The notes: generated by a model from the sequence alone, not told the origin. DNA of 11,489 nt from Candidatus Sericytochromatia bacterium (GCA_035285125.1 JAYKHR010000095.1:1-11489); one strand, 5' to 3'; numbered from the stretch's first letter, positions 1-7,699 are shown. Translations and numbers: made by a program.

Positions 1-19
1 AAGGGTACGGTGAATCGAT

Positions 20-43
20 GCCTCGGCGGTGACGCCGACAGGC
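20..43 (+). promoter_or_regulatory. 5' UTR hairpin with GNRA tetraloop immediately upstream of the SD
   Basis: GCCTCGGCG-GTGA-CGCCG(AC)AGGC: 9 bp stem with a 2-nt bulge and GUGA loop, ending 1 nt before GAGGTG. A -10-like TACGGT lies at 6-11. Confidence 0.45.
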
Positions 44-56
44 AGAGGTGTTCATC

Positions 57-1934
57 ATGCCTAATGCTCGCCGTAACCGCGCTGTGCTGGCTGCGACCCT
101 GCTGCTGATGGGTTGTCAGGCGGCTCCTGGGACGCTTCGCCCCATCAAGGCGCTGCGCCCGGAGATCGAGACAGCGGCGCCCCGCCCAGGGGCCCTGCGC
201 ATGATGCTCCGTCAGGAAGCCGTGACGCCTGCGATGGCGGCTCGCTTCGGCCTGTTGGACGTCCAGCAGCTCGACTGGGACACCGTCCGGGTGTGGCTCT
301 CGAACGCGAGAGACGTGGACTCCGGCCGACCAGGCTTCGTGACGCGCCGGCTGCGCGGCACGGCCGTGGTCGACAACGCGACCAACGTCCGCAGCTCGTC
401 GCTGATCTTCGACGACCTGACGCCTTCCGACGGCTACAGCCTGCTGGTGCGCCTCTACCGCGGCGGCAACCAGGACAAGTTTGACACGTACTCGGGGTCC
501 GACACCGAGAACGGCGGGGTCCACAACTCCCCGGAGATGATCGCCTCGGGCACCTCGACGGATTTTGAGATCCGCAGCGGCGCGAACACCGTGAACGTCT
601 CGCTGACGCTCAGCCAGGGCGGCACCTTCAACGTGTCGATCGACGAGCCGGCCACGACGGCGAACCAGACCATCGCCGGCCAGTTCGACATCGCGACGCA
701 GAGCCACTACAACTACACGCTGCTCGGCAGCCCCACCACCGGTGACATCGACGGGGCGAGCGCCGGCGACACGAACGGGGCCGACTACGAGCTCGCCGGC
801 CTGGCGCGGGAGCAGGACGCCACGGGTGCCATTTACTTCACCTCCTCGGGTCGGAACCAGATCTTCAAGCTCGAGGACGGGGTGGTCACCCTCCTGGCCG
901 GCACGGGCACGGTGACGGCAGCGGACTACAGCGACGCCGGCGACTACGGTGACGCCCTGAACGCCACGCTCAGCGACCCGCGCGGCGTCATTCGGGCCAC
1001 CACTGACGACCACATCATCTTCTGCGACACGAACAACGGCCGCATCCGCATCCTGCGGCCCGGCAACCTCGACCCGGAGAACAACGAGCCGCTGGTGACC
1101 TCCAACGACGCGCCCACCTACCGGATCGAGACGCTCATCGGCGGCTGGACCAGCGGCCTTGCTGCCGAGGGCGACACGGCGACGGACTCGCTCAAGATCC
1201 AGCTGGCCTCCCCCACCGCCATCGTGGCGGATGAGGACGGCACGCTTTTCTTCACGGATGATGTGGTGGCCTCCAGCCTGATTCGCGTCTACCGCTACGA
1301 CGGCACGGGCACCGGCGGTGACATCCGCCTGATCAAGGAGATCCCGATCGCCACCGGGGCCGTGCACTCGAACGGGGAGCACTATGGTGCCCTCGCCATC
1401 GACCGCCTGAACAACCTGCTGTGGGTGGCCTTCGGTGGGTCTTACATCAAGGTGCTCAGCGACATCAACGCCGCTGGTGCGGCCACGGACGGCGGCACGA
1501 TCGACCAGAACAACACGGCCAGCTGGGTCGTGTCGACGGAGCGCATCAAGGCGCTCACCTTCGACCAGACCACGGCCCGCGCCTACACCGGCAACCAGGA
1601 CCGCTGGGGCACGCTCTTCTTCACGACGGAGAACTCGGGCTCGGGCGACCTCGTGTACCGCGTGCCGGTGGCGAGCGACGGCCTGATGCCGAGCTACCGG
1701 TTCCCCGAGCCCATCGCCGGCGGCAACGCGGGCAGCCTGTCGGCGCCTCGGGCCCGCAGCCTGGCCTCCCTCGCCCTCGGCTGGGGCAGCCTCCTGGTGG
1801 ACCTGTACCAAGGCGACCAGGTCGGCACGGACACGCGCCTCCTGGTGGGCACGGATGCCGGCCGCATCTACGAGTTCTACTCCGTCCAGGGCATCAACGC
1901 CACCACCACGCTGGACGACGTCACCAACCCGTAA
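57..1934 (+). CDS. Lipoprotein with N-terminal beta-sandwich-like region and C-terminal NHL-repeat/beta-propeller region (about 625 aa)
   Basis: The ORF track starts at GTG 48, but GAGGTG (45-50) looks like the SD for ATG 57. Signal peptide MPNARRNRAVLAATLLLMGC has lipobox LMGC. NHL-like segments: IYFTSSGRNQIFKLEDGVVTLLAGTG, ATLSDPRGV, IIFCDTNNGRIRIL, QLASPTAIVADEDGTLFFTD. Codons end mostly in G/C and the protein is D/T/G/N-rich. Confidence 0.85.
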   Translation: MPNARRNRAVLAATLLLMGCQAAPGTLRPIKALRPEIETAAPRPGALRMMLRQEAVTPAMAARFGLLDVQQLDWDTVRVWLSNARDVDSGRPGFVTRRLRGTAVVDNATNVRSSSLIFDDLTPSDGYSLLVRLYRGGNQDKFDTYSGSDTENGGVHNSPEMIASGTSTDFEIRSGANTVNVSLTLSQGGTFNVSIDEPATTANQTIAGQFDIATQSHYNYTLLGSPTTGDIDGASAGDTNGADYELAGLAREQDATGAIYFTSSGRNQIFKLEDGVVTLLAGTGTVTAADYSDAGDYGDALNATLSDPRGVIRATTDDHIIFCDTNNGRIRILRPGNLDPENNEPLVTSNDAPTYRIETLIGGWTSGLAAEGDTATDSLKIQLASPTAIVADEDGTLFFTDDVVASSLIRVYRYDGTGTGGDIRLIKEIPIATGAVHSNGEHYGALAIDRLNNLLWVAFGGSYIKVLSDINAAGAATDGGTIDQNNTASWVVSTERIKALTFDQTTARAYTGNQDRWGTLFFTTENSGSGDLVYRVPVASDGLMPSYRFPEPIAGGNAGSLSAPRARSLASLALGWGSLLVDLYQGDQVGTDTRLLVGTDAGRIYEFYSVQGINATTTLDDVTNP

Positions 1935-2000
1935 CGAGCTTTCTCCGGGGGTTCTTGTCAGATGGGGTACCGGGTGAGCCTGTCATAGGCTCCACGAATC

Positions 2001-2029
2001 GGTCCCGAGGCTTTGCCTCGGGGCCTTTT
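2001..2029 (+). terminator. Rho-independent terminator of the first lipoprotein gene
   Basis: GGTCCCGAGGC-TTT-GCCTCGGGGCC: 11 bp stem with one G-U pair, followed by TTTT, 66 nt after the TAA ending at 1934. Confidence 0.75.
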
Positions 2030-2049
2030 CGGGGCTTCGAGGAGGCGGG

Positions 2050-3300
2050 ATGGGGGAGTGGTGGGGCCTGCGGTGGCCAGGTGACGAGGCGGCTCGCACG
2101 CGCGCGGCCGAGCCGACGCCGGGGCGCCTGGAGGCGGCGGCGGGAGGCCCGCACCGCTTCATCGAGGGCGACAACCTCCCCGTGCTGCAGGCCCTGCAGG
2201 CGGAGCTCGGCGGTCGCGTGCGGATCGCCTACCTGGACCCCCCCTACAACACCGGCACGGCCATGCGCTACGTGGATCGCTTCGCGGCGTCGACCCGCGC
2301 CTGGGCGCAGGCCCACGGCGGCGAGGCCTGGGGCCAGCGGCATGCCGCCTGGCTGTCGTTCATGTGGCCCCGGCTCGTGCTCGTGCGCGAGCTGCTCGCG
2401 CCCGACGGGGTGCTGTTCATCAGCATCGACGACCGCGAGACCCACCACCTGCGGCTGCTGCTCGACGCCGTGTTCGGCGAGGCGAACTTCGTGGGGACGG
2501 TGGCGTGGCGCAAGCGGGTGGTGCGCGGCCGCGGGGCCCGGCACCTGCTCCCGCAGACCGAGCATGTGCACGTCTACGCGCGGGACCTGGCGCGCCTGCC
2601 AGCCTTCGAGGAGCCGCTCACGGACGCCATGCGAGCCGCCTACGCCGAGGCCGACCCGGCCGGGCCCTACAAGCTGCTCCCGCTGGCCAAGAGCGGCACG
2701 GCCCACTCGGCGCGGCCCAACCTCGTCTACCCGATCCTGGCCCCTGACGGCACCTGGGTGGTCTGCCCGACCCACCAGTGGCGCTGGAGCCAGGAGACGC
2801 TGGAGGCGCGCCGGGACGAGGTCGTGTTCAGGCGCGGGCGCGACGGCGCCTGGCGGATCTACACCAAGCAGCGGCTCGTGCTGCCGGACGGGGAGCGAGG
2901 TCGCACGCCCACGACCTACTACGACAGGGCCACCACCGCCGACGGGACGGCCGAGCTCAAGGCGCTCTTCGGCCGGCCGGTGCTGGACTTCCCCAAGCCA
3001 GTCCGGCTGATCAAGGACCTCGTGAGCTGGGCGACGCCCCGGGGGGGCCCGCGCGACGAGGTGGTGCTCGATCCGTTTGCCGGCGCCTGCCCCACGGCCG
3101 AGGCCGTGCTCGACCTCAACGCCGCGGACGGCGGCAGCCGCCGCTTCGTGTGCATCCAGCAGGCCGAGCCCCTGGCCGACCCGGAGTTCGACACCATCGC
3201 GGCGCTGGGCCGCGCCCGCATCGATCGCGTCTGCGCGCGGCTCGGGCTGCCCTCCGACGCCGTGGCGCGGCAGCGCTGGGTGCCGGACGGATCGCGCTGA
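2050..3300 (+). CDS. Site-specific N6-adenine DNA methyltransferase, beta class, type III R-M Mod-like (416 aa)
   Basis: FIEGDNLPVL; catalytic motif IV YLDPPYNTG (DPPY at 2236-2247); HAAWLSFMWPRL; GVLFISIDDRE; VFGEANFVG; FPKPVRLIKDL; motif I-like VLDPFAG at 3064-3084, after the target-recognition region (beta order); DGGSRRFVCIQ. GGAGG at 2041-2045 precedes the ATG. Confidence 0.9.
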   Translation: MGEWWGLRWPGDEAARTRAAEPTPGRLEAAAGGPHRFIEGDNLPVLQALQAELGGRVRIAYLDPPYNTGTAMRYVDRFAASTRAWAQAHGGEAWGQRHAAWLSFMWPRLVLVRELLAPDGVLFISIDDRETHHLRLLLDAVFGEANFVGTVAWRKRVVRGRGARHLLPQTEHVHVYARDLARLPAFEEPLTDAMRAAYAEADPAGPYKLLPLAKSGTAHSARPNLVYPILAPDGTWVVCPTHQWRWSQETLEARRDEVVFRRGRDGAWRIYTKQRLVLPDGERGRTPTTYYDRATTADGTAELKALFGRPVLDFPKPVRLIKDLVSWATPRGGPRDEVVLDPFAGACPTAEAVLDLNAADGGSRRFVCIQQAEPLADPEFDTIAALGRARIDRVCARLGLPSDAVARQRWVPDGSR

Positions 3301-3361
3301 CGCCCGCCCCGGTGCTCACACGGGGCGTGTGACGGCGGGCCACGGCAGGCCCACGCCGCCG

Positions 3362-3370
3362 TGATAGGCT
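3362..3370 (+). promoter_or_regulatory. Putative extended -10 promoter (TGnTAGGCT), leaderless-type
   Basis: TG-A-TAGGCT ends 6 nt before ATG 3377. The intervening GGAGG is only 1 nt from the ATG, too close for a normal SD. Confidence 0.5.
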
Positions 3371-3376
3371 GGAGGC

Positions 3377-4969
3377 ATGCCACGGCCCCTCGCGTGCTCA
3401 TCCGTCCTGATCGCCGCCCTGCTGGCGGGCTGCACCGCCTCGCCGCCCAAGGCCGAGGTCCCGCCGGCCCCCCTGCCGCCCCCGGCGGCGGGCAGCCTGG
3501 CCCCCGGCGCCGCCCCGGCCACGCCGCAGCCGAGCCCCTCGGCGGCGCCCGCGCGCACGCTCTCGGGGGAGGTGCAGGACCTCGCCGAGGTGCCGCTGGC
3601 CGACGTGACGCTGGCGGTGCGCAGCCTGGATGCCCTCACGCCCTTCGAGGCCCAGGCCCGGACGGGGCCGGACGGGCGCTGGGAGCTCGCCGGGCTGCCG
3701 CCCGTGGGCACGATGCTGGAGGTGTGGGCGCGCCGCGCCGGCCTCACGGCCCGCCGCCGGGTGACGACGGTGAGGGAGGGGACGACGACGCTGTCCTTCG
3801 GCGGCTCAGGCGCAGGCGCCGCGCACTTCCTCGCGGAACGCCCCGAGGTCACAGCCGTCGAGCCCCTGCCGGACGGCGAGCTGCCGTCGGCGAGCGTGCG
3901 GCTGCGCCTCGCGTTGAGCCACCCGCTCACGGCTGAGAGCCGGGCGCGTTTTGCGACGGCCCTGCGGCTGCTGCCCGCCAACGACGCCGCGGCGGGCGCC
4001 CGCGGGAGCACCGACCTCAGCCGCCGGCCCCGCAGCCACCCCGCCGCCATCAGGCCTGAGGGGCTGGCACCCTGGGCCCTGCAGCCCGACAGCCCCCTCA
4101 TGCGCCGCAGCAGCCTCCGCGCCCGGGTGGTCTGGGAAGCGGACGGCCGGGCGGCGACGCTGACCTTCGGCGGCCCGCTGCCCGCCGGGAGCACGCGCGC
4201 CCGCTACCAGGTGCTGCTGGTGAGCGACGGCCGGCCGCTCGTGGACGAGGCCGGACGGGCGCTCGGCACCGGGCCTGGCGGCGCGGCGACGGGGGGCTGG
4301 GAGCGGGGGCACGTCGTGCTGGGGGCCTTCCTGGCACCCGACCCCGACCTCGCGGCCGTGACGGGCCTCGAGGCCGGCAGCCGGGACGCGCGCTGGGCGG
4401 GGACCCACGACGCCGCGCTCGGCTTCTGGGTGCCTGGCGACACCACCCCCCCCCGCCTCGTGGGCGTGGAGGTCGAGGAGGCCGGCAGCGACACCTCGCT
4501 GCGGCTGACCTTCGACGAGCCCCTCGTCGCCTTCGACGGCAGCGAGGACGGCAAGCGGGGCGCAGGCACGGGCCAGCTCGCAGCCGACCTCGAGGGACTC
4601 GCCTTCCTCGTCGCGGAGCGGGGCAAGCTGAGGCCTGACGCCCTGCGCGACGGCCGGGCGGACGAGGCTGTGGCGGTGGACCCGCGCGCGGTGACGTCCT
4701 TCGGCGCCGCGGGCGAGCGCAACACGGCCTTCCGGTTCGCGCCGGCGGCCTTCGTGCCGGGGGGCACACCAGCGCCCGTGGGCAGCGTGCGCCTCGAGCC
4801 AGACAGGGACGATCCGGCGGTGCTGAGGCTGACGATCGTCGGCCGGACGGCCTTCTTCGACCCGGCCATCGAGGCGCTCGCCGCAAGGGTGGAGGGGCTC
4901 CAGGATCCCGCAGGCAACCGCCGTCGCGCGAGCCTCGCTGACGGCGACGTCGCGACGGCCACCCTTTAG
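3377..4969 (+). CDS. Lipoprotein with Pro-rich linker, carboxypeptidase-regulatory-like domain and two Ig-like domains (530 aa)
   Basis: Lipobox LAGC after a hydrophobic stretch; Pro/Ala linker; LSGEVQD...ARTGPDGRWELAGLP (carboxypeptidase-regulatory-like pattern); DTTPPRLVGV...LRLTFDEPL...LQDPAGN (Big_5/SbsA-type Ig-like hallmarks). Colinear similarity with the next gene. Confidence 0.85.
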   Translation: MPRPLACSSVLIAALLAGCTASPPKAEVPPAPLPPPAAGSLAPGAAPATPQPSPSAAPARTLSGEVQDLAEVPLADVTLAVRSLDALTPFEAQARTGPDGRWELAGLPPVGTMLEVWARRAGLTARRRVTTVREGTTTLSFGGSGAGAAHFLAERPEVTAVEPLPDGELPSASVRLRLALSHPLTAESRARFATALRLLPANDAAAGARGSTDLSRRPRSHPAAIRPEGLAPWALQPDSPLMRRSSLRARVVWEADGRAATLTFGGPLPAGSTRARYQVLLVSDGRPLVDEAGRALGTGPGGAATGGWERGHVVLGAFLAPDPDLAAVTGLEAGSRDARWAGTHDAALGFWVPGDTTPPRLVGVEVEEAGSDTSLRLTFDEPLVAFDGSEDGKRGAGTGQLAADLEGLAFLVAERGKLRPDALRDGRADEAVAVDPRAVTSFGAAGERNTAFRFAPAAFVPGGTPAPVGSVRLEPDRDDPAVLRLTIVGRTAFFDPAIEALAARVEGLQDPAGNRRRASLADGDVATATL

Positions 4970-5005
4970 GCGGTGCGCCGGGATGCCGAAGCCGTACACA
5001 GGCCC

Positions 5006-6688
5006 ATGACCGCGCTGCCACGTTCCCTCGTTCTCCTCCTGTCGCTCGCCGCCTGCGCGGCGGCGGCCGCAGGCTGCAACTTCAACGCCACGACCCGGCT
5101 CGTGGTGCCGGCCGCCACACCCACGCCCACCCCCACCCCGACGCCCACGCCGACGCCGACGCCCACCCCGGAGCCGACGCCCACCCCCACGCCGACGCCC
5201 TTACCCCCGGACCCGACGCCCACCCCCACGGCGATCCCGCAACCCGACGTGCTCACGGGCCTGCCGGCCATCGTGTCAGGGGTGGTGCGCGACGAGAACG
5301 GGGGCCTCGTGGAGGACGCCGAGGTGGTGCTCGAGTCCCTGGACACGGCCGTCCCGTTCTCGGTCAGGGCCGTGACGCGGGCGGGTGCCTGGGTCATCAG
5401 CGAGGTGCCGGCCGGCGTCAACTTCCTCATCACGGCGAGCCGGCCGGGCTGGACCACGCGCGCCCGCACGGCGAGCTTCACGAGCGGCACCAGCGAGCTC
5501 AACGTGGTGAACTTCGGCGCCAACGGCCCCTCCACCGACCCGGGCGCCGCGTTCTTCTTGTCGAACCACCCGGAGATCACGCGCATCGAGCCGCTGCTGC
5601 CGGAGGACCCGGACGAGGTCGCCACGCTCAAGCTGCGGCTGCACCTGAGCGAGCTGCTGCCCGAGGAGGGCCGGCGCCGCTTCGCGAGCGCCCTGCGCGT
5701 CTTTCCCGGCGACGCCCGCTCCAGCCCCGACGGCGTGGACGTCAACCACCGCGAGCTCGGCCCGACGCCCGGGCCCGCCACCGTGAACGTGGACGCCGTC
5801 TACCAGTACGCCATCCGGACAGGCAGCCGCTTCCGCGAGGAGCCGGCCACCGAGGCGGCGGTGAGCTGGGCAGCAGACGGGTTGTCGGCCGTGCTGACCT
5901 TTCCCGCCCCCCTGCTCCGCTCGTTTGCGGGCGAGGCGCGCTACCAGGTCGGGCTCGTGCGGAACGCCGGCAGCCAGAACCCCGTGGCGGACGCGGAGGG
6001 CATGCAGCTGGGCACGGACGAGCGCGCGAGCCTGACCAGCTACCCCGCCCGCGCCGGTGACCTCATCCGCAACGTGTTCCGGTCCGAGCCGCTCATGGTC
6101 GACTCGCTGGTGGCGACGGCGGCGGGCCGCTGGCGCGCGACCCACGCCTCGGTGGCGTCGTTCCGGGTGGCCGCGGACGAGCGCGGGCTGACGCTCACGG
6201 GCATCACGGCCGAGACAATGGGCGCCGACACGCGCATCGGGCTGACCTTCGACAAGCCGCTCGCGGCCCACGACGGCTCTCCCATCGGCCACATGGACCG
6301 CACGGTGACGGAGCTGGGGCGCTACACCTTCGCCGTGGCGGCCTCACGCGTGACGCTGCCGACGGTGGCCGAGCCGCTCCCGAGCCGCGACGTGCAGCTC
6401 GTGAACCCCAAGGCGGACGCCCGGTTCGGGGATCTGCTCACCGACCGCCAGGGCTTCTTCCGGCTGGTGGACCACGACGGGCCGAACGTGGGCGCCGTGC
6501 CGGGGGACCTCGGCATCGCCGTGGACCCGACGAGGCCCGAAAGGCTGTGGATCACGGTGCTCGGCCGCCGGGACTTCTTCGCGGCAGAGGTGGGCGGCAT
6601 CCTCGGCCGCGTGGACGGCGTGGCGGACCCTGCCGGCAACAGGCTGCCCGCCCCTGCCTTCGTCACGCGGGAGCTGCCGCGCCCGTGA
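5006..6688 (+). CDS. Lipoprotein paralog with PT-repeat linker, carboxypeptidase-regulatory-like and Ig-like domains (560 aa)
   Basis: ATG 5006 gives signal peptide MTALPRSLVLLLSLAAC...AAGC; the ORF-track GTG 4973 is less likely. (TP)n linker; IVSGVVRDENG; IGLTFDKPL; VADPAGN. Clear paralog of 3377-4969. Confidence 0.85.
   Translation: MTALPRSLVLLLSLAACAAAAAGCNFNATTRLVVPAATPTPTPTPTPTPTPTPTPEPTPTPTPTPLPPDPTPTPTAIPQPDVLTGLPAIVSGVVRDENGGLVEDAEVVLESLDTAVPFSVRAVTRAGAWVISEVPAGVNFLITASRPGWTTRARTASFTSGTSELNVVNFGANGPSTDPGAAFFLSNHPEITRIEPLLPEDPDEVATLKLRLHLSELLPEEGRRRFASALRVFPGDARSSPDGVDVNHRELGPTPGPATVNVDAVYQYAIRTGSRFREEPATEAAVSWAADGLSAVLTFPAPLLRSFAGEARYQVGLVRNAGSQNPVADAEGMQLGTDERASLTSYPARAGDLIRNVFRSEPLMVDSLVATAAGRWRATHASVASFRVAADERGLTLTGITAETMGADTRIGLTFDKPLAAHDGSPIGHMDRTVTELGRYTFAVAASRVTLPTVAEPLPSRDVQLVNPKADARFGDLLTDRQGFFRLVDHDGPNVGAVPGDLGIAVDPTRPERLWITVLGRRDFFAAEVGGILGRVDGVADPAGNRLPAPAFVTRELPRP
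5117..5230 (+). repeat. Coding Thr-Pro dipeptide repeat (ACN-CCN hexamers)
   Basis: Encodes TPTPTPTPTPTPTPTPTPEPTPTPTPTPLPPDPTPTPT with variable third codon positions. Confidence 0.9.
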
Positions 6689-7621
6689 TCACCCCTCGCC
6701 CGCGAGGGCGGGCGCTGGCGACGGCGTGGGGTCAGCCTTCTCGGGCCCGGCCGGCGATGGCTCGACGGCCATGTAGACGCCGAGCAGGATGACGGCCGCC
6801 AGGCCCACGCGCGACCACCCGAGCGGCTCCCCCAGCCAGGCCGCGCCAACGGCCAGGGTGCCGAGCGGCATCAGGTAGAGGAACGCCCCCACCGTCGACA
6901 CGGGCAGGCGCGCGAGCGCCCACTGCCAGGCGAGGTAGGCCACGCCGGACGAGACCAGGCCGAGGTAGGCCAGCGCGCCCCAGCCCTCGCCCGTGCGAGG
7001 CGGCACCCACCCCCCGACCATCGTGGCCTCGACGACGACGAAGGGCACGAGCCCGATCGTGCCGACCACGAGCATCCACGTGAGGGCCGTGAGGGCAGGC
7101 AGGCGGCCCGCCAGCTCCTTGCTGCACAGCCCGTAGATGGCCCCCATCACCATCACCACGCCCATCAGCGCATCCCCGGGACCCGTCACGGCGACGCCGG
7201 GCCCCACGAGCGCGGCCGTGCCCGCCGCCGCCAACCCCATCCCGCCCCACTGGCGGGCCTCCAGCCGCTCGCGCAGGAAGGCCCAGGCCCCCGCCGCCGT
7301 GATCATGGGGCTCAGCGCCTGCAGCATGGCCGAGTTGCCCGCCGTGGTGTAGGTCAGGGCCAGGTTCTCGAAGGCAAAGGTCATGGTCGTGCCCGTCATC
7401 GCGCCGTAGATGACGAGCCGCCAGCACTCGCGCGGGATCGCCAGCGACCGGCCGAGGGCCGTGTGCACGGCCAGCAAGGCCGCCGAGGCCATCACGAAGC
7501 GGATCAGGGCGCAGGCCATGGGCGCGCCATCGAGCACCGCGACCTTGGTGGCGACGAACGAGACCGACCAGACGGAGACGGCGAAGAGGCTCGCCGCAAT
7601 GGGAAGCAGGCGTGGGTTCAT
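6689..7621 (-). CDS. EamA/DMT-superfamily transporter (310 aa)
   Basis: About 10 hydrophobic helices in two repeats; motifs VWSVSFVATK, LIRF, ALTYTTAGNSAMLQALSPMIT, FLRERL, LAYLGLVSSGVAYLAW, FLYLMPL, WLGEPL. Confidence 0.93.
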   Translation of the reverse strand: MNPRLLPIAASLFAVSVWSVSFVATKVAVLDGAPMACALIRFVMASAALLAVHTALGRSLAIPRECWRLVIYGAMTGTTMTFAFENLALTYTTAGNSAMLQALSPMITAAGAWAFLRERLEARQWGGMGLAAAGTAALVGPGVAVTGPGDALMGVVMVMGAIYGLCSKELAGRLPALTALTWMLVVGTIGLVPFVVVEATMVGGWVPPRTGEGWGALAYLGLVSSGVAYLAWQWALARLPVSTVGAFLYLMPLGTLAVGAAWLGEPLGWSRVGLAAVILLGVYMAVEPSPAGPEKADPTPSPAPALAGEG

Positions 7622-7652
7622 GGGCTGCTTCCATCGTCGCAGGTCCGGCGAC

Positions 7653-7699
7653 GCAACTTGTTATCTTTGCAGAAATACCTGTTAAAGTCCTGGTTAAAC
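7653..7699 (-). promoter_or_regulatory. AT-rich promoter/operator region upstream of the EamA gene
   Basis: The most AT-rich patch in the window. Direct repeat TTTAAC (minus strand) at 7693-7698 and 7681-7686; inverted GCAA-N10-TTGC at 7653-7670. Confidence 0.5.

Noticed and set aside
57..116. Tat signal (RR) in the first lipoprotein
   Set aside because: ARRNRAV lacks the S/T-R-R-x-F-L-K consensus and fits an ordinary basic n-region.
1421..3010. 529-aa plus-strand ORF bridging the lipoprotein and MTase genes, plus the other overlapping alternative-frame ORFs
   Set aside because: Off-frame, Arg/Pro-rich translations with no motifs; this one also crosses a terminator.
2050..3300. Phase-variable mod (phasevarion)
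   Set aside because: No simple-sequence repeat tract. Only C7 (2238-2244, within the DPP codons) and G7 (3041-3047) occur, which is unremarkable at this GC content, and the frame is intact.
3301..3360. GC-rich inverted repeats after the MTase as terminator, REP or MITE
   Set aside because: Imperfect stems, no U-tract, no second copy in the window and no target-site duplication.
4446..4454. C9 homopolymer as a phase-variation switch in the lipoprotein gene
   Set aside because: It encodes part of the DTTPPR motif typical of this Ig-like domain start and the frame is intact. Read-level length variation would be needed to support it.
5117..5230. Tandem repeat as CRISPR array or non-coding VNTR
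   Set aside because: It is an in-frame Thr-Pro codon repeat with wobble variation and no repeat-spacer structure.
7622..7699. Riboswitch (e.g. a guanidine class) ahead of the EamA transporter
   Set aside because: Only one 6-bp hairpin; no paired ACGR-loop hairpins or other aptamer consensus recognised. An Rfam scan would settle it.
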